Below, one piece after another: positions 1 through 13,185 of a DNA stretch of 64,000 bases (positions are counted from its first letter, which is position 1; every line of letters starts with the position of its first letter). The DNA comes from Phoronis australis. Taxonomy: Eukaryota > Animalia > Phoronida. The translations under genes were made by a program, and so were the position numbers. The notes beneath the pieces were generated by a model, which saw only the letters and a list, made by a program, of their open reading frames with translations, was not told the origin of the DNA and ran no database searches. The stretch lies in the NCBI GenBank assembly GCA_002633005.1, contig NMRA01001008.1, positions 7,562-71,561 of the forward strand, in the 5' to 3' direction.

Positions 1-794
1 AAACACTTCAAGATTATCACTGAATTGGGGTGTCTTTCAACTTGCCAGTCATAGAAAATGTCAAGGTTTTAGCTACATCTTAACCGTTGACTCTTTCATC
101 AGATGCAGCAGTGAGAAACTGATTCGACTTATGGATCTTTGGAAAAGGCGTGGGCAGCCAGAATGATGGTTGGTCTCCCTCGTTTCCACTTGAAAATTTT
201 GCCTGTAAATTTTGCAATTATATGCAACTTAATCCGTAAACACAAGAATTATATTTTCCATAAATAGCCTTTCCCCAAAGTATTTATTTTCACCATTCAA
301 AATAGCTTGGAAAGATGGCCACTCACATATGCACGCTACCCTCATTGTGTGCAAACAGCACTCAAAACAAAATGTGTCGTCAATTAATCAAAATGTAAGT
401 TCACTACTAAAACCTGGAAAACCACCAACTTTGATATATAGCATTGCCACAGCTTCGAAATGCCATAAAGTTAAGACAAGATCCAACACTCTTCATGCCA
501 CAATGCTGATTGAGAAAATTTTATGTTTTAGTACATGATTTTCAGGCTAAAAGGAATACAATTGCATCTTCAATATTTTTAGCTAAATGCACCTTTCAAA
601 ATTTGCCTCAGTGGTCACTAAAACAACCCACAAAGCAACTATATAAATCCTGTTATGACCTATTTGGAGTACCTAAGCTTTCATTACAAGCAGTCTTCCC
701 TCTCAGAGGAATTTTCAAATGTTGACAGTTGTGGTGAAATAACTGGAACAGAACTAAAAGGATTGTGCACTTATGAACATAGCTCCTCAAATAA

Positions 795-965
795 ACATAC
801 AGTACAGTGTAGTTCAAGGTCTGTTAACGCAATCCATTGACTCACAAGCTCTGGCCCAAACTCGCAAAACATAACTTATGCATCCAAAAATCGCAGTGCG
901 TGGAGCCAAATCCACTTTGTCTGAGAGGCATGGTTGACAAGACAGTAAATACAGAATACATGCAA
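795..965 (-). pseudogene. Degenerate PHD-finger-like coding remnant
   Basis: Manual translation across frameshifts gives CIYC...TKWI/GSTHCDFWMHKLC...LELHCTVC, which fits C4HC3 PHD spacing. It contains stops and frameshifts. Origin (host gene or transposon) is unknown. Confidence 0.35.
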
Positions 966-3900
966 AGTGTTTTGTCTGCAAATACAAGGACAGTGTTACA
1001 GTCCATCAGTATTGTTTCCTAGCAGATGAGTTAGTGAGACCGTCACCAGTTTTTGAGTCAATGCGCAGTTTACAAGCCCACCAGCCCTGTTTATATTTGA
1101 CGCAATTTGCGCGAACCTTGTAGTTACATAATCCTGTAACTATGGACAACTTGTGCAGTAAAACTTCAGAGACGCAAAACTCGCTGAATGCACGGCATTT
1201 TTATTTGTCTACGAGGCTTATAAGCAACCACAATACAACTGAAATAAAAATCTACTACAGCTACTGTTTTGCTATCATTAGATGTTGATACACTTAATCC
1301 TGGAACCAAGAATCTCAGAAAAAGGTTTTGTAACAACACTCCAATTCATTAACGAACTACTTACTAGTACTCTTTCTGTAGTAACCTCAACAACAGTGGC
1401 TAACTTATCTGGTAAACGCTTACAATTTCTGCAGAGACCTGCAATAGAATTTTATGGAAAGTAGGCATAACAGAACTCCCAATAGAATGCTGTATTTTGA
1501 ATCCCCAAACGTTTTACCCAGTCTTGTTCATGAGGTTGAATGCTTCGGGTACTAGGGACCTTAACGGTGTTAAAACTTTAGCCATGTTAATTAAATTAGG
1601 CCCCAATGTAATGGGGTTCCAGTGCAAATTTGGGAAATTGTGTATCTCTGGTTATACAGATAGAGCAATGTGACCAATCAGAAGTGACTACAGGTGAATT
1701 AGATTCGAAATTGGTGTCAGCTAGGAGACAAGCGCTCGATTAAATCTTTTGATAATGGACACCAAATTTCCACTGTTTACACATGCGTATTCAATAAATG
1801 GAATGTATTTAGACAAACCCTAAATATTGAGATGAAGTGAATATTTTACTAATACAAGTCAGCACTGGAAGAAGTTACTAAAATTACTCTAGTACTCGAG
1901 TGTCGCTTTACTTCATGTACATGTAGGGTTGTGCCCTTCATGGCGACTGCAGTCAGAATCTAGTTGAGAAAGCAAATATAAGAAAGTCGTCATCAACAGG
2001 TATAGTGTTGATGACCAGCAGCTGCATAACAATTTACCTCACCCAACTGGAATCGATACATTCTGTTCTTCCAGAAATTCTTTGTTGACTGTATTCCCAC
2101 TTACAGTCTAAACTCAAGCTTGGCCTTGGGCTTAGAGCCTTTCTGATGTTGAAGGTGGGCACATATCTTACTTTTACTTGGCCTCCATCTGATTCCATGC
2201 TGAGATCGACGGTTTTCACAAACTGGGGGGTTGGGGAGGGGGGGGCAAACTGTTGTAAACAAGCCCACTTTGACCCTCGCAAGAATCACCTGCCACTTTC
2301 ACTTTCAGCACTGTCACTGAACGGGACTGGGTTGGTGACTTTAACATTTTTCAGATGGCTTGCTATTGACTTGCTGCAATCAGTTAGTGCTTCAATTGCT
2401 TGCTGCATGGTTTCGATATTCCTTTGAAGCTCCATACACCAGATTTGAAGGATAATGCCAACGAACACACTATATTAACTACTTCCACCACCTCATCAGT
2501 CATTTTTTCTTCAGTGATATCAGAGACATCTGAAGGGCTCTTCATCAAAATGGTAATTCACAGTAAAAAAACAAAACAAAACAAAAATACTAGTTTTATC
2601 AAGTTTTGTTTGCTAAGAAATAAGCCCAATAATTTAACAACCATTTGAGCACTTTTAAATCTCAAATCTCAACATTTTCGATGACTAGTAGCTATTGTCA
2701 CAAGTGCTCACTTTGGCTGAGATGGCTGCGAACAATTGCTCATTACTACATGAAGACATGTGTTTGCCGGTGGTTTTGATGCCAAATATCTATTCTACTA
2801 AGATAGAACAAACCCACGATTAAGTTTCAAAGTGTAAAATTTGTCTTCAGCTCAGATTGACTCATTCAAACATGTGCAAGTTATCCATGTTTTCTGCTTG
2901 TATGACCCCATGACCCTTCAAACCCCAAAGTGTGGAATTTAAGGGGCAACTTGACACTTTTATTTTTCAATTTTAGGAAGACAATGGATGACTTTATACA
3001 AAACAGTAGCTATTTCATTTTCTAGTAGCTTCTGTAATTACTTACAATGTCACAAAAATGTGATTATTGGGGTTCTGATAGTGGTTTTCAGTGAAAACTA
3101 AGGTACCCGACTTTTAAGCAACCTAACGCGATATAATTTCTTTAAAGTGTATTTTAGTAATTTCCATAAGAAAGTAAACAAAAATGCATAATATGATCCA
3201 AATCCGTCATATAGAGTTTATCACCCCTGCATAGATTTTTGCCTGGTCTGAAGTGCACTGCACTCTTAAGTTTTCACAAATAAACTTAAGTTTCAAGTAA
3301 TAGCTTAAGTTTTCATGAAAACTTAAGTTTTTTGTGCTAACAAGTTTTTCTGATAATTTAAGTTTATCACAAAACTTGAGTTTTCGTAATTTTAAAATTT
3401 TAAGTTTTCCTGACTTGTTAAGTTTTTCGCAAACTTTAGTTTTTCCAATTATAGAAACTTAAATTTTCCTGACTTCTTAAGTTTTTCAGAAAATTGGATT
3501 TTTTCATGTTTGGAAAGCTTGAATTTTCTAAAAACCCTAAGGTTTCTATGTGATGAAAATTTACGTTCTCAAGTTTTTAAAATTTGAATATAGTGAGATT
3601 TTTAATTTTCGGTTCGAAATTTTTCCCATTATTTTCCCACAAATAATATTGTTTGCTCATGCAAAACCCATCATCTCATAAAGGTGTTGCCCGAATGTTT
3701 CCTTAACATTTATATAGATACAAACCATAAAACAACGAACGTTTAACCTGGTCAGTACAGATTCAGTGCATTTATGTAATCATTATCGCACGTCTTTGTG
3801 AATTTAAATGTAGACGAACATCCGGTGACCAAGAGCAGTAAGAATGCACCCAATGTTAATCCCCTGAGACACTGACCTGGTCAGTATTATGTAATAAATA

Positions 3901-5521
3901 GAAGTCATGCAATTCTTGAAGAAACGTAGTTATTGTGCTAGTTTCTTTTGTGTTGAGTTGTATTCGTAAGGCAGTTTGCACCGGAAGTCAACAGTTTGAA
4001 TTTTATAACCGCCAGTCAACTTCGAAGAAAAAGTCGTGTGTTGGCTAGCCTGCGACAATGAAGTTTATATTACTACGAGCAGAGCCAGCAAGAAGACATT
4101 TCAGAAGTTTTGGAAGTCGGGTTAGTGCCAGAGAGCGTTTTAAAATCAATTGGTCACAATCGGTGCTGTGATTTCCAACGAACGTGTTAAGTTCAGTTGT
4201 TATTGTCAGCCAGATCACGAGTCACGCTGTCACATACCGACATGTCACATGGACTCATTCTGTGTGAATTATCTAAACTTCTAACGCGTGATATGCTCCT
4301 GGAGGTCCATCAGAGGAAGCCATAACGTTCACATAAGGCTATTACTCCATTATAATTTATATTTCTGTTTTCTGAGGTTGTGTCAGTGTGATCAATGCAA
4401 GGGGGGGGCTACCAAGGCAAAGTTTAGTCATTTCCCAAGTTGGGTATATTGGCAATTGGCATTGGTTGTGTGTGCTTATGTCTATGTTTGTAGTAATGCT
4501 TGGAAGCTCCTGATTTTGAAATCTCATATCACTACAGGTCAATAATTTGCAAGATTCACTTGCCTCATCCACGCATCCATCCTAAAATATAGGGGGTGCT
4601 CAAACTTTTGGGCATGTTGAACTTTTACTAAAAAACGGGGTATGTTCAGAGCTGTGCACAGTGCATTCCTGAATTACACCTTTTTAGTGGACTCGTGTCT
4701 CGTTTTCTCAATTTTTTGGGTTTCTACGAGGCTGACCTTTTTATGCCCACTTCGGCAAGTGGGGGGTGCTCGTTCTAGCCTCCCCTGGGTGCGCACATGT
4801 GCCTGGTTCTCAAAATTAAGAATCACCAATGTAACTATTGTATTGCCTATTTTGACTGATTTGCTCAGGTTTTTCGGGAGGATGTAGGTTATTGAATGCA
4901 AAAGAACATTCCGATCCCACTACTAGTACCCTACATGGAATACTCCCCCGCATAGGTCACAATGTACCCAAGTGAACTCTCACCAGTCAACATGTTAGAT
5001 ATTGTTATGCACAGTGAAACTTGCATAATTCCTATCTAATTGCACCAAATAATTCAATGCAAGTAAGGAAAATCTGTGTGATTTGACTTTGGGATTGAGT
5101 ATGTGCTTTCGAATTTTTACCGGGTTGTGGAATGCTAGAATGCCGCAAAAGTTTGCATAATCGGACTTAAAATTTTCACATTCAATGGAGTTTGACTGGT
5201 TTTATTGAAATCAAATATTTCATTGTCATGGTAAAAGTGATAGTTAATCTGGGTACAACTTTACCTAGGAGTTTAGTTGAGTTGAATATGGACTGACTAG
5301 AATGATCTCCCCGTGTCTGTAGGGGCATATTCTTTTCCCTCTTGAAATTTGCTTGGAACCTCAATTTAATATCTTTGCAAATGTCAGCCAGTAAAGTGAT
5401 TGGTAGGAGTACAGGATATAGTATTTTTATGTTTACTGTAGTACATGAGATATTAATTTTATTTTTACTGTAATCTATTATGGTTACGTACGACTTCTCG
5501 CGAAGACCATGTCAGTATCTT

Positions 5522-5677
5522 CAATGGTGGATTCAGAGGTCAGGTAAGGGGCCATGGCCCCGGCCCCCTAAAACGCTACAAAATCAATTGGCAGTTGGGG
5601 GGCAGGGGGTGAATGTCTTATGGGCAAAACCCTACTCTGACCTAAGCCCCCAACTCAAAATCCTGGACCCCCCATCG
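5522..5677. mobile_element. Short hAT-like MITE fragment
   Basis: CAATGGTGGATTCAG...CCTGGACCCCCC ends and a GGGGCCATGGCCCC hairpin resemble the 22369-23217 MITE. Degenerate. Confidence 0.35.
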
Positions 5678-7011
5678 CCCTTGGTCTTTACATGGATAAC
5701 ATTCCCTGTAAATGGGTTATGTCTGGATTCTTAAGAAGCTATCACATACTGTTATGTTTGCTAATATCTCATTGTTTTCAGGTCTCTATTAACTTGGCGT
5801 AGTACTTGGAAGAACTAGAAATCCAAACATTTGCATCGAAACAATCACCCAGGGGTGGTATTGGGCTGTTTACATCGACGTGGCAGGTAGAGCTTCATAT
5901 GTTTCATTGTTGAGATAAAAATAGTGCTGCTATCAGGGTTTGAATTTGAAACAATGTGAAACATGTCTTTGGTTTTGCCAATGGGCTTATAATCTTTAAC
6001 AAGCTCACTGATTCTTGTAGCCATTTGGTCAAGTCAGTGTAAAGCTTCTTGGTTTTGCTATAAGTTTCAAAAAGTATACGCGGAAGTATACATGTGAGAT
6101 TAAACTTTCAGTTCTAACCCTGGTTGTGCCGGCTAAATGTCCATGAAGCATAAGTAAGAAGTTCTATGCTGGCTGGAGAGAGCTAGTTAGAATACAACTA
6201 GTTCTGCTCATTATGTAGAGTTGTGCCTTTTCTTATCAGATTAACGTATTAAACAATGAAAAGTTCATGAAAATAAATAAATGGGCATCGTAGTTTATTG
6301 CAGTTGCCAACAGTTTCATCATTTGATAAAAATATTATTTAATTTGTCATAGAACTTGAACTAAACAGTTACAGAATACGATTCCTGGTTAGCCTGAAGT
6401 CCAACTTTTATTAACACATTAAGTTTTGTCATATGCACGGTTTGTTCTAGATTATGATAGCATGACATGTGACCACGTGTATGTTTTGTATTCAAGTTGT
6501 ATAGAATAAAATTGTTTTGAATGTCGCGAATCCAAGATTATAACTTCATTCAAAACAGTATGTGGAAAACTGACCCACTGCAGTGCATGCTTGAATTAAA
6601 CTTGCAGACTAGTCTTGCACTTGAATCCTGGAGAGAGATTGGTTAAATTTTGAGTTTGAAGACTATTTTCTAGGCTCTGTATATAAGTCAGGAAGTTTTA
6701 CAAATCAGTGTTGTATAAACAGCACGATAAATGTCCAGCAAGTTAAGATGTCTTATACTGATAGCTTTTACCCGTCTGTTATTAATTTTTTTTGTCTTTA
6801 TTGCAGAGTGTGCCTTCAACAATCGTTGGATAAGGAAGGCTACCCAGACTACGCAACGTACGCACTCATGAAGTGCAGCTCATGAACCTATGAATTCAGT
6901 TATCTGAGCTCAGAAACGCGCGTTTGTAGTCACAAAACATGGATTATTTGCTTGTGAAGCCAAGCGAGCAGATCCAGCTAAAGAAGATTAAGTGGCTTGT
7001 GGTCTACCATA

Positions 7012-7508
7012 GGGCCCTTTCACATTGACTTAACTCTTGTCTGAGCGGAGCATCGGCGTACACTGCGAAGTTAACTGGGCCGTTCATTCTGGCTATGGTA
7101 GTTAATGAACTTCGAAGTTAACAGTACGAGACGCTGTCGTGATCGAAGGTATCCCAAGGTAGCACAGCACGCTAAGATGTGACAACTTGGGAACATTTAC
7201 ATGTGTTAGTTGACATAAAACTTATTTTGAAATTGATTGGTGATTATTATAGCAAGGTATAAGCAACTATTAGACATCACACTACTATGCTATTGTTAAT
7301 GATAACAGTGGCCCCTGGCAATAACTTCGATAGGACTGAAGTTGATCGTTTATATTGCGTGGCAGCGTTGACGCTAAGCAATTAAATCCACCTGTTTAGT
7401 GCGAAGTTAACTGGCGCTGCTAACTTCCTTCCAGGACCAAAGTTTAAGCGTTCATACTGACATTAACTCCCAAAAACATCGACGCGTCGATGTTAGTATG
7501 AAAGGCCC
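7012..7508. mobile_element. ~500-bp MITE nested in the 3261-8740 element
   Basis: TIRs GGGCCCTTTCACATTGAC and GTTAGTATGAAAGGCCC, flanked by TA on both sides. Confidence 0.65.
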
Positions 7509-9175
7509 TATATGTGTATGAAGTTCAGTAGCTTTAAATTAAAGGAAAAACAATATTTTTGTGGTCAAAGGTCTAAGTTTTCTAATTTACATCTCGTATA
7601 ATCAGGTTTTACTTAGGGTTACTTATAGTGAAACTTGTTCGCACCATGGAGTGTATTGGATTTACTGTTATTATGATTGTCAAAAAACGAAACTTTGTCT
7701 TTTAAATTGATATTTTTATGGTTGCAAACAATTTTCGGTGATTCTAGGCACCATTTCTAGCATAAGGATTGTACTTCCCAAAATCAGACATGTGGCCATT
7801 GTCGATAAACTTTTAGTTACCTGTTACGTTTTATGTTATGCTCTTGTCTCTGCGGATATTTTTGGATTTTGCATATTAAGTGATTTGTTATTCTTGGTAT
7901 CACTGCTGTAATTTTAGTTGAAAACGTCTGCTGTTGAAACGTAGACTTTTTTGTAGTCCGCGAGGCTATGTAATCACTTTTCTTTGGTTGTGTTTCATGA
8001 TTTGGTAGTGATTTCTCTGTTTGCACATTCCCTTTTGCTCCCCCAGTTATCGCATAATTGTCATAGACTGAGAAATATGCAAATAATGAATACATAATTA
8101 GTCTCATTTAGTCTTCACTGCATTGTATGCATGACACATGATGAACTGATTTTTAAATGTTTCTGGTTTTTAAGATTTTGATATTTCACTTATGTTCACT
8201 TCTTTTAAGGAACTAGTGTATTTTAGGAAGTCATTTTATTTTCTGCAATTAATCACTGTTAATGAAATGTTAATAGAAGTCTAGTTTGTTTAATCTTGAT
8301 GAGAATCATTAAATTTGTTACTGTACTCCACTCTTGTTTTAGTGAAAGTCGAAATTTTTGAATGTCTGTCCTATTGAAAATTATTTCTTTTAGAAAACTT
8401 CAGTTTTCAAAACTTATATTCGGAAAATTAGTTTTCAAAAACTTAAGTTTATATGACTTATATTTGTTACTAAAAACTTGTTCCAAAACTTAAGTTTTTC
8501 AAAAACTTATGTTTCTGAAACTTAAGTTTTCCAAAAGTATTTTTAAGTTTTCAGAAAACTTAAGTTTTCAGAACATAAGTTTTTGAAAAACTTAAGTTTT
8601 TGAAAACTTAAGTTATGAAAACTTAAGTCCGTTCCAAAAAACTTGTTCCAAAATACTTAAGTTTTCGCCAAAAACTTACGTTTTCGGGAATGAAAACTTA
8701 AGTTTTTCGATGAAAACTTAAGTTCATTTTTGTAAGGGTAGGAAAGCCATCTATGGCTAAAAGTAATAAATACGGAAAGTAACTTGTGTCTAGGACAATT
8801 AACGACAAACAGGAAGGAGTCTACTAGGTATAAAATTGGCTAATTAGTGAGCGTACTGTTGCTTGTGGCTGGGCCAACAGGAAGCTGGAGAGAAAGAACA
8901 AACAGCGCTACCATCGGACTTGAATTTATTTTGACTCGGTACAAGTACACTATTGCACCAAACCCGTGTAAACATATGTTCGTATTTTGGCGTTAGTTTT
9001 CTTTCAAATATCTGGCTGACTGATATTTTCTAAGATTAAAATAGCTGTAAATTTTGGTTTTTACTGCACAGTATAACAATCTGTCATTAATTGTTTCCCG
9101 TGGGTACTACGCACACACCTGGAATCAGAGGACGTTGGGTAAAAGACACTCAAACAATTTCAGGTCTGACATCAG

Positions 9176-10557
9176 GGCCCGGTCTCCAATCTCCGTACTC
9201 AGACTCGAATCATGCTCAAACTCACACTTCATACTCAACTCGAGTACAGACTCAGCTTTGGTGTATTCAATGTCATACTCGAAAAATCTGTACTCGAAAT
9301 TTCGAGCACGTACTCAGTTTTCGAGTGTACTCGAACTGAAGTGTATCTCTTCTATATTTCGAGTACGATTTTGAGTAAAAATTTGGAGTCTATGCTCAAA
9401 TTTCAAGTTTGGTATGGCAGTGTGCTTGAAATCGTACTCGAAAATAAATACGAGCCAGAGAACAAAATATCGAAAAGAAACCAAGAAACACAGCAAATCT
9501 AAAAAAATAAGTCCTCTTACCGTATCTCAGCACTTCAATTTCAGTTCAGAGATAATAGTTTTCATCTTAAATCTTCTTATTCTTCACCTTATTAACCCGC
9601 CGTATCACTGTATGTTACGGCAGCCATTCTACTTCTACAATTCCTGGCAACAGGCGCATTGTAATCCCTTGTCGGCGAGTCGTAACAAGCGTCGAAAGCA
9701 GTTGTGGGAAAAGTCGTGTGAGAAGTTTGTGCTGCCCTTATTTCGGTATGTGTGCCTACGTTTTGTAGGGTTTCCAAAAGACGAGGAGGGGAGGGAAGTT
9801 AAAAAAGTTCGCTTTCCTGTCAGGTACATTTCTCATCATAACTTAGTCATCTATAATTCCTCAATCCCCAAATGGAATTCCAGACTTTGCCGATTTCTAA
9901 GTAGACGTCTCGTCCCGTTCACTGCCACTGGTGAACTCTGAATGTCTGCACAAGTATTGTTTTTTAACTCACGTGCCAAATGTCAACTCACTTGTTACAT
10001 CCCGGTAAAATACGAAGATATAGTATCAAAGTTTGACATCAGCGTAGGCCTACACAGCAATGGGTTTTGTGTGAAGACTAAATTAGCAACAGAGATGTGA
10101 TGTGATAAGCTGTTACAAATTTCTTAAGACATTTTCGAGACTGGGTGAGGAACTCAAGAAGTAAAGCTTAGTAATTGCCAAATGTATCAAAGAAATGGCA
10201 TAAGAATATTTATTGAAACTAAAAAATGAATAACAGTTACAGAACACTCAGAATTCCACGTTATAGACATACTCTTGAAGTTGTAGCGACAGCAGACGAT
10301 AATGTAGGCCTAGTTCTTGGGGTGGTCTATTCCAATAGCGAGCGATGAATCAGCGCGGCTTTGCGTGATTTTGCACTTCACATCATAAAGAGTTCCATAG
10401 CAACTCGAGTATGAGTGTCAGATTTGAGTACGTTTGGAGTCTACTCGAAATAAGACATTAGATACGCTTTTTTGAGTACGACTCCAGTGAGCACGATTTT
10501 GAGTATGAAATCTCGAGTATGAGTATGAGTCTGAGTACGGAGATTGGAGACCGGGCC
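9176..10557. mobile_element. Non-autonomous PIF/Harbinger-like element (~1.38 kb)
   Basis: Perfect ~31-bp TIR GGCCCGGTCTCCAATCTCCGTACTCAGACTC. 3-bp TSD CAG at 9173-9175 and 10558-10560. Subterminal (G/T)ACTCGA repeats. Confidence 0.85.
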
Positions 10558-13037
10558 CAGGTAACGCATCCCAATATAAGTTTTCAAAGAAAGAAATACG
10601 ACACTGCCTTATCTATTTTTAAAGTTAATTCCACTCTTATTGTATAGTACATTTGTGAAGGTTTTGTCTGTCATATTTAGGAAAGAATATATAAATGAGG
10701 CTTAAAAGTTTTGGGCCATGTGGTTTGAAATTTAGCCGCCTTTTATACCAAAATCGGGTCCACCAACCTTAAATTTGCAGCATTCGCATGTTTCGTATCT
10801 GTTGCGCATCGATCCACAATTTTTATAAGCTCCACATCTATCCGACTACATCAAATGCGAAAAGAATAGGTTCTTGCATATTCTAATAAAAGACTGAAGA
10901 GGAAAGTTAAATCGTAGTCCCCAGACAAATGCAATCAAAATGGTAAAAAGTTATCATGATTTACAAATTTTAACGGAGTCCAGATAGCGTGGCTCTATGG
11001 TTACAGAACATGCCCCCTAGTGTGACTAACCTGTTTACCATTTTTCTAACACCTTCCAACTAATTATGCAGTTTGGGATTTCGTCAGCTGCTGACTTGGC
11101 GCCACCCGGTTCTAATTCCTCTCGTTTCAGACAGAAGTCAATTTTAGTGAGGAAGGGGTGCTTTTACTGAGAGCTCGGGAAAAAGACTGGCCGGTAACAT
11201 TTAAATTCGTATTTGTTTTATGTCTACTTAACCGATCGACCATTCCGGGATTAGTACAAGGTGGGTGATCAAGTTAAACCAGTCAAGCTTATTTGCTCTT
11301 CCAGTTCTAGCTGAGTTAAATACACATGTAAATACACATATAAAATGTTCATATGTTTCTTACCCTTGGGTTGAAAGTTGGTGGCAGGTCGATGTCGCCT
11401 TCAAACTTTCCCGCTAATTCTTCCGGATTTGCTTCCTCATGGACTCCTGAGGAATATGAGACATTTCGTCACTTATTGTACTCTTTCTAGTATTCATCAG
11501 TCGACGGAACTGGCTTGTGTGGCGTACAGTACATGTCCATCGAATCATATCAAAATAAGCAAGGCAAATCGACGACTTATAAAGCTTTCTTAGAAAGGGA
11601 TTTTTGTTATTCGGAATTGCGTATGGTCCTGGCAATGTTTTGCCATCAGAAGAAAGCAAAATTTAAACATCCAAATTTGCCACTGCAAGAAAGCAGCAAA
11701 CAAAGACCGGTCGGTGGCAGCAGTTTTGAACATTCGCCGTTGCCTGAGCCCATTGAATTGAACTCCAAAGTTTGCAAGCGTTACTCGAAGCTGTTTGAAT
11801 TAACTCCGTGAGCATTCTCGCGGTGACGTACAACTGAATCCTTGCCACTCATCACATTTGGCACGACTTCAGCGTGGTCGGATTAATGCTTTAAAGTATT
11901 GTAGGAACTAAATTTACATGGCCGTAGAAGACAATAACCATTAAAAGACGTTTTCGTTTAAAAAAGGTAAACAGGAGTGACGGGCTCATTTCTTAGACTG
12001 AAAATTTTCAATGAACTAAGTAAATACATAAATACTCGAATCATTAAAATACAGAAGTATAGTGTTGGATATTATAGTGCGGATACTTTTGATCTGAAGT
12101 TGGTTAAAGTATACCTAATGCCACATCAATTGATGTTAATTTTGTTTTTCGCGCCCTAAGTTTGAGTGCAGTCTTACATGTACACATGTGGTGAAAAAAG
12201 GTACTTACGTGCAGTTCGTCTTCCTAATGCTGCAGAAGAACGGCCGTCAGTCTACAAAATTTGATTATAGTATTATCTACTTAATGCCCGGCTGTTATTC
12301 ATAAAACATCTCTACGTATAAAGAATCGGCTATGCACTATTCACAAGATTGTCTGATTGAACATCGGAAGGCTTCATCGTCAATTACCAAAAGTGTTCTA
12401 AACAGTACTTGTATCTGTATTTGCCCACCTTTTGAACGGATCTGGCGAATATATGCGTCTGAAGTAAAGCTATGATCAAGAAAGACAAGACCAACACGAT
12501 GCGGTGATTAATTCCCGACAAATTGAAAAAAAATACTAGCAATGAAAATGTAACGCATTGAAGATATGTTTTATCCAGTTGATCAGCCCTGGCTAGTTCC
12601 ATCTCTTTTTATCACTCCGGCTGGTCTGCTAACTCAGCTTGTCCGGAACCCTGCTTTGCAGGTAGTTATAGCCCAGCGTAGTAATCTTGTGTGGCGATTC
12701 TCTGAGTGTGCAGGGCTAGCCTGGACTGAAAGTGAAATATCTCGGCCAAAACTTCATCGATTTTCGTGGGAGAAAAACGCTTGTTTTCAGAATTTTACGA
12801 GGAATTTGTTGATGAATCTTTTACATGTCATTGAAAAAGGCGAAAATACAAACGCGCGAGTCATATTTCTTCAGGCAGCCCTTAGCGGCTTCACGGGCAA
12901 TAAAATGTAATCGGCCGAATAGATTCGTCGACCACAGATTTACCCTGTGGTTTTTCCGCTTGATCCCAGACCGCCCCGAGTTGCTCCAGCAGCCAACTCG
13001 GGGCGGTCTCTCACGAGGGTTTAGCGTTATGGTTTGG

Positions 13038-13185
13038 TGTACTCCCTTGGTACTTTATATGATATTTGCCCATTTGGCAGTTTGTACCCACTTGGTACTT
13101 GTTATTGACATTGCCGTTTTGCTCGACCCAGTTGGTAGGCAATCGGCCACTACCCATTTGGTATTGTGTACCCATTTGGTACTAT
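13038..13185. repeat. Cluster of ~6 imperfect palindromic units (GTACCCATTTGGTAC-like)
   Basis: tactcccttggtact, tgcccatttggcag, gtacccacttggtact, gacccagttggtag, ctacccatttggtat and gtacccatttggtact, spaced about 15-40 bp apart. Confidence 0.6.

Larger units (their letters stand above)
3261..8740. mobile_element. ~5.5-kb non-autonomous DNA transposon (CMC/EnSpm- or foldback-like) with subterminal palindrome arrays
   Basis: Left end CACTCTTA[agtttt]CACAAATAAACTTAAGTTT matches the reverse complement of the right end (TACCCTTACAAAAATGAACTTAAGTTT). Arrays of AAAACTTAAGTTTT variants lie at about 3265-3600 and 8390-8725. No clear TSD and no transposase ORF. Confidence 0.6.

Noticed and set aside
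3265-3600. CRISPR-like appearance of the AAAACTTAAGTTTT arrays (also 8390-8725 and 13038-13185)
   Set aside because: Units are short, degenerate and irregularly spaced. The context is eukaryotic and there are no cas genes. Better explained as transposon subterminal repeats.
9414-9941. 175-aa plus-strand ORF
   Set aside because: Non-ATG start, lies within a non-autonomous MITE and has no recognisable motif.
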